NCBI RefSeq assembly: GCF_036321535.1
Contig: NC_087447.1
Coordinates: 46,192,001-46,256,000, forward strand
Length of the DNA: 64,000 bases
DNA from: Camelus dromedarius
Taxonomy: Eukaryota
Direction: 5' to 3'
Position 1 is the first letter of the stretch. Every line of letters starts with the position of its first letter. The position numbers were made by a program, and so were the translations under genes. Below are positions 1 through 11,640 of this stretch, piece by piece. Under the pieces are notes generated by a model. The model saw only the letters and a list, made by a program, of their open reading frames with translations, was not told the origin of the DNA and made no database searches.

Positions 1-1
1 A

Positions 2-673
2 CATCGGGAGATCAACTTCTATGCCTGTCTGGTCCAGATGTTCTTTCTCCACTCCTCTGTCGTGGAGTCGGCAGTGCTGCTGGCCACGGCCTTTGACCGC
101 TATGTGGCCATCTGCAAGCCACTGCACTACACCACAGTCCTGACTGGGCCCCTTATCACCAAGATTGGCATGGCTGTTGTGACTCGGGCTGTGACACGAA
201 TGACTCCACTCCCGTTTCTGCTCAGACGCTTCCACTGCTGCCGAGGCCCTGTGATTGCCCACTGCTGTTGTGAGCACATGGCCGTGGTAAGGCTGGCCTG
301 TGGGGACACTCGCTTCAATAGTATCTATGGCATTGCTGTGGCCATGTTTATAGTGGTGTTGGACCTGCTGTTTGTTGTCCTGTCTTACGTCTTCATCCTT
401 CGTGCAGTTCTGCAGCTTGCCTCTCAGGAGGCCCGCTACAAGGCCTGTGGGACGTGTGTGTCCCACATAGGTGCCATTTTAGCCTTTTACACACCTGTGG
501 TCATCTCCTCGGTCATGCACCGTGTAGCTCGCCGGGCCGCCCCACATGTACACATTCTCCTTGCCAATTTCTATCTGCTCTTCCCGCCCGTGGTCAATCC
601 CATCATCTATGGGGTCAAGACCAAGCAGATTCGTGAGCGAGTCTTAGGACTATTCCTGAGAAAGGATGTGTAA
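2..673 (+). CDS. Class I olfactory receptor, OR52K1/OR52K2-like; 5' end lies outside the window
   Basis: Open frame from base 2 (HREINFYACLVQMFFLH...) to TAA at 671-673. OR motifs AFDRYVAICKPLHY, CEHMAVVRLAC, KAxGTCVSH and PPVVNPIIYGVKTKQIR are present. It closely matches OR52K proteins as I recall them; K1 versus K2 cannot be resolved. Several atypical substitutions (see findings). Confidence 0.9.
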   Translation, partial: HREINFYACLVQMFFLHSSVVESAVLLATAFDRYVAICKPLHYTTVLTGPLITKIGMAVVTRAVTRMTPLPFLLRRFHCCRGPVIAHCCCEHMAVVRLACGDTRFNSIYGIAVAMFIVVLDLLFVVLSYVFILRAVLQLASQEARYKACGTCVSHIGAILAFYTPVVISSVMHRVARRAAPHVHILLANFYLLFPPVVNPIIYGVKTKQIRERVLGLFLRKDV

Positions 674-794
674 GTGGACAGTGAGGGACAGGCGGAGAGA
701 GAGTGGGACAGACTGAATGCTGGAGTCGGGGTGAGGGAATGATAGTAAGTAGAGGGCTCCAGAGTTGCCTTGTGTTTAGTTAGTTTATAAGCAA

Positions 795-828
795 GCGTGT
801 GCGTGCGTGTGCACACACATACACACAT
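795..828. repeat. Alternating purine-pyrimidine microsatellite (GT/GC then CA)
   Basis: gcgtgtgcgtgcgtgtgcacacacatacacaca. Confidence 0.85.
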
Positions 829-1429
829 AGAAATAATGTTCTACGTTTAGTTCGTATATGGTCAAAACCTTTTGCTTGTTTGTTTTGAGTATAATTGGGA
901 TAGATGGAAACCTTAAAAATAATAGTAAATACTAAAACACATAAACATAGAGTGTAGCATGCCTTAAAAGAAGCTGTTTCCAAAACAAACATCTGCTTAT
1001 CTTTATTCTCACACAAGGAATGTCACCAGCCAATAAGTCACATATCACTCATAAAGAAGGAATGGCTTTGCTTCCAGTACGAGTCCAATATTCTAAGGCT
1101 CACCTAGCCGGATGATACCTCTAACACCAGAGCAACCATGATTAGTCACAAACATGAAAGGAAATTTTGTTACCTGATGTATTCACTCATTTGAGTTTAG
1201 CATTCCAACAAAGCACGAACACATGCAGCCCATAGGCACAAAATTTTCCCATCACACAGGGAATATGAAATTAGGAAACCTGGTGCTGTAGTCTGGGCCT
1301 AGTGACAACATTTCCAGTCACCTAACGAGGACTTCCCAGCATCCTAAATGAGGGTGCAGGGCTGCATGTCATCCATGAAGTAGCAGGGACAGTGCTTAAG
1401 TGTAGGACCCAGTTCAGCTCAGTGATCCC

Positions 1430-1815
1430 ACAACTCCTTCCTTCCTGCCACTCAAAAGTCTTGTGTTACCTTTGAATCTCTTTTCTCTCACACTCTGTAT
1501 CTAATCTGATAAGAAATGCCATTGGCACATTTTACAAACATACACAAAATCTGATGACTTCTCAGCACATACATGCCACCACCTTGGTTATGAGCCATCA
1601 TCTTCTCTTTTCTGGATTACTGTAGTTTCTCTTTACTTATTTCCTTATTTCGTCCCTCAACCGTTTGTGCTATTCCCATCATAGAAGACATAAAAAACTT
1701 TTAAAAATACATGTCCACTTATGTTATCTATTGAATTAAAACTCTGGTTTTTATTCTGAGAGAAAGGTCGAACCTTGAAAAGTCCTTACAGTGGTACTTA
1801 CAAGGCCTTGTGTGA
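1430..1815 (+). mobile_element. L2 LINE fragment
   Basis: L2-like tracts such as gccaccaccttgg...gccatcatcttctc...tggattactgtag and aagtccttacagtgg...tacaaggcctt. Confidence 0.55.
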
Positions 1816-1819
1816 TCAA

Positions 1820-2215
1820 GAAGTTCTGGTAAACCCAGGAAGGCTAAATAGAAATAAAACTATACCTAGACACATTGAAAAAGTGCAGAAAGTTAAAAAA
1901 GTTTTAATAGCTAGGGATGGTGGGTTCATTATAGTCAAGGGATCCACAATTAGATTGACATTTGACTTCAACATAAGCAGTGGAGGACAGAATGCAGTGG
2001 AATTCTATCTTGGAATAGATAAGAACTACCACTTTAGAATTCTAGTACCTGTGAAAATGTCTTTCAACAAAGAAGATGAAAGGATGGGTCGTAATAACAA
2101 AAATTGATGGAGTGTGTCACTATTAGGCCTGCACTAAAAAATGTAAATGTAGTTCTTCAGGCAGACGGAAAATGATCCAGACAGAAACCGAGACGTACGG
2201 GTAGAAATAGTTACT
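1820..2215 (+). mobile_element. Old L1 ORF1 C-terminal fragment
   Basis: ORF 1775-2107 contains PRHI..., TIRLTFDF and FRILVPVKMSF, resembling L1 ORF1p IRLTADFS and PRILYPAKLSF. Confidence 0.7.
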
Positions 2216-2229
2216 CAAAGCATCAGAAG

Positions 2230-4770
2230 CCATGTTCTGACAACAGAGTTTCTCCCTCAGGCTTACGGCCTTGTGAGGTGTTTCCTATGACTAACGGGCA
2301 GCGGGAAAAAGAACTAAGGCTTGGTTCACAAATGGGTTGGGAGACGTGCTGGTGCTAGCTGAAAATGGACTGCCGCTGCGTTACAGTCGCCGTCACGGTA
2401 TCCCCACGTGCCGCTCCTAAGTGCTGGAAGTAAGCTTGGCACTGCGTTCAGTCACCAATATCTCATGGAGGGAGAAGTAACCTAAGGTTCAAACACACAC
2501 TAACTACCCAGCGGTAGCACAGGCTGAATAGTTTGTCCGGGACCTGAAACAATAAGGTTGGAGGATTAAGGACAAGCATGTCAGGGAACAGATCTGTTAA
2601 TGGGGCCATGGCAGTGGGCGCAGAGCATTCAGGCCTTTTTCTTCTCACCTAGTGCCCACCAGAGAGCGCCCGCTCTTAAGTAGGCTCTCACCTACTTGGG
2701 ATCTCATCTACAGGGGCAGATGACTTACCTAATGAATGTCTGCCAGCTTCCCTCTCTGGCCCCCTAATGCTGGCTCAGTATGTCCATGAACAGGGTGGCC
2801 ATAGTCACAGAGGTGGAGACTATTCACGGGCCTAACAACATGGGCTGCTCCTCATCAAGGCTGGTCCAGTTATGGCCGCTGTTGAATGCCCAGCCTGTCA
2901 GCTGCAGAGGCGGGTGTCATACCCTCACCCCACCCCATGCCTCCAAGCAGTAGAGCAAATACATCAGACACCTTCCAGGCTTAAGTGGGCAATGATCCGC
3001 CCTTGCTAAGTATATTCTTTCTCTACATATGGATTTGCCTTCTTTACTCAGAGTACCTTCTCCAGTACCACCATCAGTGTACCTCAGTGTTCTTGACCCA
3101 TCAACATGGCGTGCTATATAACGTCATCTTTAGGCTAAGTGGCTGAAAGGAGGTGCAATGACAGTTTAATGGCTATAGAGTTTACTGAACTTACATATAC
3201 CTCCTTAGAAGGAGCTGGTCGAATTGAATGCTTGAATGGCTTTATCAATGGTTTAGCCAAGATGTTAGTTTGGGAAGGCCTTGCGGAGCTGGGGAGCTGT
3301 GCTCCAGAATGAAATATTTTCTAAACCAACATCCAGCAGATGGAACCATGTCCCTAATGACTAGAACTCATATTCCAGTAACCAAGAAATGGGAATGGGT
3401 TTAAATTTTCTCATCATCACTCCCAGAGTTCCAGTTTTGGTATTTAAACTTCCTGTCCTCGCAGTCTGAGGATCTGTTTGGTTTGAGGGAATATTTCTAC
3501 TAGAATTCTGGTTAAACTTCTATTGAGCTTGAAGCCTCAACTACCACCTGGTCTCTTTGGCTTTTTCATGTCAGTGCATGAGCAGGTAAAACGTGTTTCT
3601 CTACTGATAAGCTTACTTGACCCTGGTTACCACCTTGAGCTAGGGCTGTTGCTGCACAGTGCAGGCAGAGAGGAGCACACCTGGAACCCAGGGGGTTAAC
3701 CAGCATGTCTTGATTTTTCCATGCTCAGTGGTAATACTGTATGGGCAAAGGAAGCAACTAGCCTGACAAGGACAAGACATAGAACAGTTCAGTCTCCGTG
3801 GGAGTAAAGATCTAGTTTGCCCGCCATGCAAGCAACCTATACTAGTTGAAAGGTTAGATAAGAATAAGAGAAATCTACGAGTGGCGGAGGAAGAGGAGAT
3901 GAATATCAAATACAACCTTAGGGTCAGCTATGACATTAGAGATTATAGCTTGTTTTACTCATTCTCAAGCCATAAATCCCACCAGAGATTGCAGCTGCCT
4001 ACTACCTCGAAGGGGAATATATAAATGACCGAATTCACACCTTCTATTTCTAGGAAGAAGTGAAAGCATCTTGTTTTTACAGAAAAGCTACATACTGTGG
4101 TGTGAGCGCTGGATATAATGGATGGCGTGGGTAGATATGCGTGGTGTAAGGAGAGAAATATATTGAACACTTTGTACACACCACTCTGGCTCTTCTCATC
4201 GTCATCTGTTCCCTGGACCTTTGTCCATTTGTTTCATTCCAGCCACTGCTGTGGCAACGGCTCTGTGTGGGGTCTGCTCAAATTCATGTGGGCTGGGCAG
4301 TTGCACACAGTCCTTCACCTCATGCCCAAAAGGCTCATCTCTACATCCCCACTCTAGGCTTCCTTGTTGACCCTGTCTTAGGGTCCTGTAGAACCTACTT
4401 GGTACTCATGTATGGGCAACCGAGAAATAGGACAAGTTAACACTTAATGCAGTCAGCCTTTATCAACAGGACATGGAAGCTAGAAGATAAATTCGCCTCG
4501 CCCTATCCCTACTCCAATCAGGTTTTTATAATATGGCATCGTTCATGTGCACTTCTACATGATGCTGCCATGCTGCTAAGCATTCAGTCACACTTGTTAC
4601 AAAATGGTGATCAGCTTGGTAAAACACTGTTACATTGGCTTGCCTTTCTTCTGTACATTACTTTACCTTTTCCTCACTCCTGCTTTCCTGAATTACAATC
4701 CTTAATTAAGTACCAGTAAATAAGCTTTTCACTCAGGCTCGCCTTTCAGAGGAACCCAGGCAAAAATAAT
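2230..4770 (+). mobile_element. ERVL-class internal remnant followed by an LTR16-like LTR (about 4095-4770)
   Basis: Degenerate RNase H/integrase-like tracts (gcttggttcacaaatggg resembles WFTDG). The LTR ends in ctcaggctcgcctttcagaggaacccaggc, typical of LTR16 termini. Confidence 0.6.
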
Positions 4771-5179
4771 CAGTTTCATTTCTCAAGCTTTTACTCTAGA
4801 ATGTTCTTCTATGCAGGTAGGGACTGTGTCTTTCTGGTTTCTGCCCTTTTTCCCCAGTGAAATTTGGCTTGTGTAGCAAAAAGTTAAATATTAGTTGTTC
4901 AACATAAGCATAAGTTCAACAAATATTAGTGTTGCATTAATTCTATTGATGTAATTTAAAAGAAGAGGTATTTCAAGAATGAAAGAGGCTGAAGGTAGAA
5001 ATATCGGATGATCCAGGGGCACTAACCCTGCTTTCTAGCCTTTGATGAAATTGTTGCCTTGTTGACATTGAGTTTGCTTCAGCAAGCCAGAGGGCCTGAT
5101 TTTACAAACATTCCTTTCAATGATGTACATAAATTAGTGTTTGTTGCTGAAGATTTTTCTTGAGTGGTGATATAATGTT

Positions 5180-5830
5180 CGAATCAAAAGTTCCAGTGCA
5201 ACAAATTTTGAGCTTCCAGATCCAGGGGTATTCTAAGTGTGATTCCCTCCTTCCCGAAATAGGAACCCTTCTGAGATATGGGTATCCACTTCTTCTCTGG
5301 ATACTCTTAATCCAGACGCTTAATCTGTGATAAATTTCTACTTCCAAGGTAGGGGGAAATCATGGTTTCAAATAGATTTATAGTAAATACATATGCGATC
5401 TCATTTTTTCTAATCTGTGACCTGTCAGGAATGCTTTGAAAAATGGATTGCATTAATAAGTTAACTAATGTTAACCTATTTTTGCATTTTTGGATTAGAA
5501 TCTTTGTTATGTATATATTATCTTTATAATGCACCTTTGGTTGGGTTTACTGATTTTTATTTTGGGGTACTTTTGTATCCTTTGTCATAAGTGAACAGTG
5601 TATAATTTTGTTTGTTTCTTTTCTATGTTATTGTTCTGTTTCAACTTTAGGATGATGTTACCTTCATAAAGTGAATTGTGAAGCTTTCTATATTTAACAT
5701 ATTCTACAGGTGGCTCCCTTTGAATTTCCATCAAAGTTTTTCCATAGAAATTACCTTTTGTCTGTGCTTAGTAGTTTTTGCTACATAGATGTTTGAATGT
5801 CTACTTATCATTCATTGATGTAATAACTAA
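5180..5830 (-). mobile_element. Ancient L1 ORF2 fragment
   Basis: T-rich antisense L1-like sequence (gatgatgttaccttcataaagtgaattgtgaagc). Confidence 0.5.
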
Positions 5831-6693
5831 TTGAACAAGAAATTCTGCAGTGCTGCTGTTGAGCTGCTGGCCTGCTCCTTTTATCTCTAGCAAATTAGAT
5901 AATCTTAGGAAAATAAAAAACAAAACAGTGCTAGGAGGCTACCTCAGGTTAATATAGTTTAAAATCTTCCTTGTTTAGCTAGGGAAGTAGAAGTGGTCCA
6001 GAGAGAAGGTCTTTTCTTCACACGACAAAGAAATGCCTCAACTGTGGTCTCCTACATGTAGAATTGTGCTTATGTTCTATGACACTCTCCTTTCAGAATT
6101 TTCTATATTGTGTGAATCCTAGCTCCTCTATAATTTCCAGCAGTCCATAAGTTACTTTAAATCACCAGTCATGTCACACTTCAAGTCAGCTGATTCTGTT
6201 TAGTGATGAACTGCTGGCAGTGGCGGGGACAATAACAGAGTGTGGTTATCATCAAGCAAGTCACCTTCTTGAATCTGGGCTTGGACATGTGTTAAATGTT
6301 TATTTTTGAGTAGGTTATTTAATATCTAAAAGCCTCAGTTCTTCAAATATTACAGGGATATGAAAATAGCTACGTCACAGAGATGAAATAAAATGGTAAA
6401 TTGTAAAGCACTCAGCACTTGGCCCTACATGAAGTTAGTTCTCTATAAATCAGCTGGATATATTGGCCTGAGGGTGATGAAGGGAGGTCAGGACCTGAGG
6501 TAAAGATTTGGTAATCACCTTCGGTTTGCACTGAGATGGTAACTGAATTTGTGAATGATGAAGGCAGTGGTAAACAACCTGGGCTGTACATAGAAATCAC
6601 CCAGAGGACTTTACAGAAGCTACTCTTGGTGTTTAGAAAAGCAACACAACCCCTGCCCACCCCCCACAAGATTCTGAGGGAACTGGTAGAGAG

Positions 6694-6870
6694 CAGTGGT
6701 TCTCAGACTCCAGCCTGCATTGGAATCGCCTGGAGGGCTTGTTAAACCACAGTTGCTAATCACTATCCCAAGAGTTGCTGATTCAGAAGATTAAGAATTT
6801 GCATTTCTAATACTTCTCAGGTGATGCTGCTGATGCAGCTGCTGGAGAGATTCGTGAACTTAGGAGTACT
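6694..6870. mobile_element. MER5A-like hAT-Charlie DNA transposon
   Basis: cagtggttctca...gaatcgcctggagggcttgttaaa...gaatttgcatttctaa...caggtgatgctg. Confidence 0.8.
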
Positions 6871-7480
6871 CTCCTGGCAGCATAAGCACCCCTGTACTAA
6901 GGCGTCAGAGTAAAATAGTAACTGCGCTCCAGCTGTCGTCATTAGAGATGTCAGCAGTTTTCCTAAGCTCACAGCTGAGGATCAGGATGAGGACGCATTG
7001 ATGAGAAAAACTCTAAGCCATGGAAAGTGGGTTTTGATATCAAGTGCCGTCATCTAGAGGAACAGTTTGAGACCCTGAAGTGACTGAATGCCCACCAGTT
7101 ACACAGTCTGGTTTTGCCCAAACAGGTTTCTGGAGGAAGGGGGATGGACCTGTACGTGGAAGCCATGCAACGGAGGGAGTTAGCGATGTTTTCTGCTCAG
7201 AGATAAGGGATATGCCTCTTCTTCTATAATAATTAAGGAAAGAAATATTTACTACGTTTCAGGTGGAATGGTGTAATATCACTGTTTCTTGAGTTTATTT
7301 TCATTCATATCAAATTTAAGATTCTAGGCCATTTCCAACAAAAGCTGCAGCTTTTTTTCCCCCCTTGTTGGCTAGTGAATTATACTGTAGTTACAGATGG
7401 ACATACTCAGAAGTCTCCCAATTAAAAAAAAAAGGTAAGCACCCGTCTTCAGCTGCCACTTTACCTCTAGTTTAACAGAT

Positions 7481-7620
7481 CCAGGAAGCTCATTGGCTCC
7501 AGCCTGACCAATCATGTCCGGCCTCCCCGCTCTGACCAATTAGGCTCCCTCAGCTTCCTCTTAGGTGAGCCTGGCCAGCTTGCCTGCTTCCCTGCTGTGC
7601 ACTGAGCTGAGGGGCGGGTT
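7481..7620 (+). promoter_or_regulatory. Orphan TATA-less promoter candidate with three NF-Y boxes, an ETS core, a GC box and a downstream splice donor
   Basis: ATTGG at 7492-7496; CTGACCAAT twice (CCAAT at 7508 and 7536); CAGGAAG at 7482; GGGGCGGG at 7611; donor AG|GTGAGC at 7564/7565. Confidence 0.6.
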
Positions 7621-7936
7621 GATGCTAAGTGTTCGCTGAAGAGAAAGGAGTTTTCAAACTTAGGTGCTCTTTTCTGTCAGGGTCTGTTTTTCTCTGCCTT
7701 CTTTGAAAAACAGTGAATTTCCTGCTGCTTGGCTTCGGGGAGGGGGAGGACAGACAGAATGAACTGAAGAGACGGGTGATCCTAAGAGTTACCTGAAGAC
7801 ATGGGAGTTACCGAATTTAGATTCTCTTTTCTGTCAGGGTCTGTTTCTCTCTGCTTTTCTGCTTCTGCCTTCTTTGAAAAACAATTTCCTGCTGCTTGGC
7901 TTCGGGGAGAGGGCCTGGGAAGACAGACAAAATGAA
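7601..7936 (+). repeat. Two-copy head-to-tail tandem duplication, offset 157 bp
   Basis: Units start at 7601 (actgagctga) and 7758 (aatgaactga) and share ctcttttctgtcagggtctgttt, ctgccttctttgaaaaaca and aatttcctgctgcttggcttcgggga. Confidence 0.9.
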
Positions 7937-9344
7937 TAAGGCGCCTAGATTTTAGTCCCTTTTCTTTCATCTCACTCTTCACAAAACATTTACAAGAAGT
8001 CAAGTCTTGGGCTTTCCTTCCAATAATGAAAACAGGAAAAGTTGGTACTGAGTAAAGGAAACCCTTGAGGCTGATCAAATACTAGAAACTACCTCTTGAG
8101 GGAGTTCTCTCCTCCTATACCTGCTGCCTTTACTTGGCTCCTTTGGGCTCTTGGAAAACCTGGGGTGGGAAATAGTTCTCCAAGATGATGCTAGCTAAGG
8201 GGCAGAGCTGTGAGCACCAACGCTGCTTCCATTGGGAAGGGCGTTTCTGACTCTCCATCTAGAGCCCCTTACAACGAAAGTCTGCAAGAAGGACCTTCTG
8301 TGGTTGGGTCAAGCTTTGTTTCTAACTCTTGCGTAGTCTCTTAAAATTAGCCTCACTGTCCCTGACAAGGGTGGGTTGTGGGCTCTCCTGACTCTTCAGT
8401 ATCTCACATCAGAGGAAAACTGCATACAGCCCACTGTCTTCCTGGTGCCTTCACTACGCTTGCTTTATGGTTAGCTTCTGCCCCAGAGCCACCCAAACCT
8501 TCCAGGAAGGACTCGGTGTCTACTCCATTTTGCGTCTAGACCTTTTTGCCTTGTCTGAGATCCAGTTTTCAAGGCTTTTTCGGGACACGAGGGCTGTTGG
8601 CCTAATTTAATTTTGGTGTTTCTCTCCATGTCTCTTAATCAGGAAGCTTGAAATTGGGTATTGATTCTGATTCCATTTGTCTTGCTGGAATTTGGGGGAC
8701 ATAACACAAGACCAGGAATGACTTTCACAGGGAAATGGACTGCACCCCCATGATGCCCTCTCCTTTCTGCTGTCGAGCTCTCCCTCTTTACCTCTCAGGC
8801 TCGGGACTTAGCGTTTTCCTCCTCATAGAAGCACCTGGTTCCTCTCGTGCACTTTCTTGGCCCCTAGCTCTTAACAGTCCTTAAATTCTTTAATTCTGTC
8901 TGAAGTAGCCTTTATCTTCTATGGCCCTAGGATTTTAGACTAGAGTTAATCGTAACAATACTGCTGAAATGACAGTCTGCAACTTTCTTTAGGGTCCCCA
9001 GACCCAGGAGTTCCCTTCCATACTTTATGTTCAAACTACAGATCCTTGAGTTCAAGAATCTCCACCTCAGAGCTGTTTTCTGGTAGGGTTTGCTGCTGCT
9101 CCCCAGCCTGCAGCTGAGCCTCTCCTTGACCTCACAACTGACTTGAACAAGATCCCTGTCGTGTACATGGGCTGGGGGTTGGAACTGAATTAGTAAATGG
9201 GATGGTGACACTGATCTAGAAACTTTCCTTCTTCCCTCCTGCTACTTCTGTCCTCGCAGAATGGAGGACTCCTGACATACAGGAGAAGCTATGAAATGCT
9301 TTGAGACACTGTTGATAAGTGAAATCTAAGTTTACTTCCTATAG

Positions 9345-9596
9345 GACTCCTTTGTCTATTGCTTAAAGGAGATTGAAAGTTTTCTCCTTAGTGCATGAGT
9401 AGTTGCTGCTGAGGGCTGAGCTATGTCGTTAATTCAGAAGCTCACAGATGCTGTTCATCACTTAATGAGACTTAACCCGCAGACTTAAACAGCCTCACCT
9501 GTGGCTGACTTTCCAGAGCGTATCGTCTATGCAGAATAGACGCTTATTCCTCTCATGAGCCATCACAACGTGAAGCAGAATATCTTAGGATCCTGT
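9345..9596 (+). other. Exon-like module, copy 1, containing a 21-aa ORF at 9423-9488 (MSLIQKLTDAVHHLMRLNPQT)
   Basis: Preceded by acceptor tttacttcctatAG; aligns by eye with 12437-12760. Confidence 0.5.
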
Positions 9597-11404
9597 TTCC
9601 TATGAACTTAACAGAATTGTTAACTTAAAGATGTCGTGGGGCAGACCAACAACCCACTAATGATGCCAATTAGTGTGGGGTGGCAGCTGCCATATTGGAG
9701 GGGGGAGGGGCGGTGGTCAAAACCTGGATCAAAGGGTGGGGAGGGAGCTTGGAGCAGGGACAAGGAAGGGGACCTGCCAGGTGCAGGAGAAGGTGCTCCT
9801 TGTAATAGGGTGAAGTAGGTGTTTGTGGCCTCAGGGGCTCCCCTTACAGAATGCAGCAGTGCTATGGGAGCAGGAGTTGCTGCTCAGTCTAACATGTATC
9901 TTCAGCTGGCATGCAGACATGACATTAGATCCCACTGGGAGCTTCCTACTTCCTGTTTTGCTAACAGTATCTGGCACTAAAATCCTAAAACGAGCCCAAA
10001 GAAACTAAAGGTTGCTGGTTTGAAGGTGTTCACCAGATTTGTGTCCCTGAGTAGATGTTCTCCCAGCTGAAGACTACTCAGGTCACCTGGGAGCTTTTTG
10101 TTCCTGGTCATGTGATAACTCCTGAGCTGGATTCACCTCGGGGTGCTGTAAAGCCGTCTTTAAAGCTTCGTCACTGAGGATTCCAAGCCCCACCACGTGG
10201 GGCTTCTCCAGGGTTTGCATGTCCTATGGTGATATCAAGAATTCTCTTGAGTTGACCTAAATAGGAAGCAATTCTTTTGGGGAATAGGGAGGTGCGGACT
10301 CACTGCACATAAGTTATACTGAAGGCCTTTCTGCAGTTGGATACCTGCATTTCCTACATTCCTTACGATTGTGGGTTGAAAGACTTTCCTGAACCCATTC
10401 TCCCTAACCCACCTTCAAAAGTGCTTGGTTTCAGGCTATATTGAATTGTAATAGTTGATAAAACTCACGATGCACACTATCACCTTGTTTCCTTCCTGTT
10501 CCTGTAAGCAGACTTCAGGTTGGCTGCCTTAACTCCAAGTTCTTCACAGAGGTGGTGGCATCAACAGCCATAAGAGTAGGGGGATGTGTGTCCGTGGGGA
10601 CTTAATGCTACCTCAGTACATGCTTTTTCCTTCTACCTGCTGTTAGACTCGTTTCTTGGTCGGCAAAATTTGTAACATCTCTTCTTCAATGATCACCAGC
10701 TAATGCATCTTCTTAAACTATCGCTCTAACATGACTGTCAAATAACAAGTCGTGAACATCCATCCCTCTGACAGAGTACCTCTTACAAGCAGTCGTCACC
10801 CCACCAATGACTGCCTGACATTCAAAAAGCTTCCGTATCCTTGATCTCAAGAGACAATATTCGGATTTATCCAGGTTCCTTTAAATCCTGACATTTTGGT
10901 TCCTGAAACTGGAACTTGGATTAACAATCTACAGTTTCCAGAGTCAAAAAACTCCTGGTGTTGTGGCATAGGAATCCTGCTCCTGCTGGCTCCTGCTGGC
11001 TCCTGCTGCTTCAGTAATGTGAGAAGGGCGCCCAATCTCCCTGGTTCCGTGAAGGAACTTTACTCCCCTGAGGGGGGGCAGTATTAGAAGGAACTGCTGA
11101 CCCTTCTCTCTCCGTATCTCCCTGGCCCGGCACAAGGGATGCGTATCATCTGTTGAGTGGAGATTGCAAACACCAAATACTACTTGCCCCCATTCTACCG
11201 AGTAACCGTCTCTAATCCTGTGGCTCGCTGCAGCCCGCAGGTGAAAAATAGGTGTTTCTTCGTGAAGCTGGTTAGTGTCTCCTCAGTCCATCAAAATACC
11301 ACCTTGTCTTGTGAAGCGAGCAAGTAATGACGGCTTTAGATCTTGGTCCCATACTCCATTCCAGTTTAATTAGCCAAACCAATATTTTCATTCCTGTGGT
11401 GATG

Positions 11405-11640
11405 AAATACAGTGTGTGTTAAAAGCATGGGATTCTGATGTCACACTACCTGCGTTTTGATACATGACTTATTACCTGTGTGTCCTCTGAAACTGCTTAA
11501 CCTCTCTGTTCCTCAGTATTTCCTTGCCTGTAAAAATCAGGGTAATACACTTCTACTGTAAGGTGGTTAATGGAAACTAAGGCAGCAAACAAACCTGAAG
11601 AGCTGAGAAGTGTTAAACTGATGTCAGGCACTAAAATACT
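11405..11640 (+). mobile_element. MIR SINE
   Basis: MIR core: acttattacctgtgtg...gcttaacctctctgttcctcagt...ctgtaaaaat. Confidence 0.7.

Noticed and set aside
10500..10895. Possible endogenous viral element or processed pseudogene
   Set aside because: All six frames contain stops and show no motif I could recognise.
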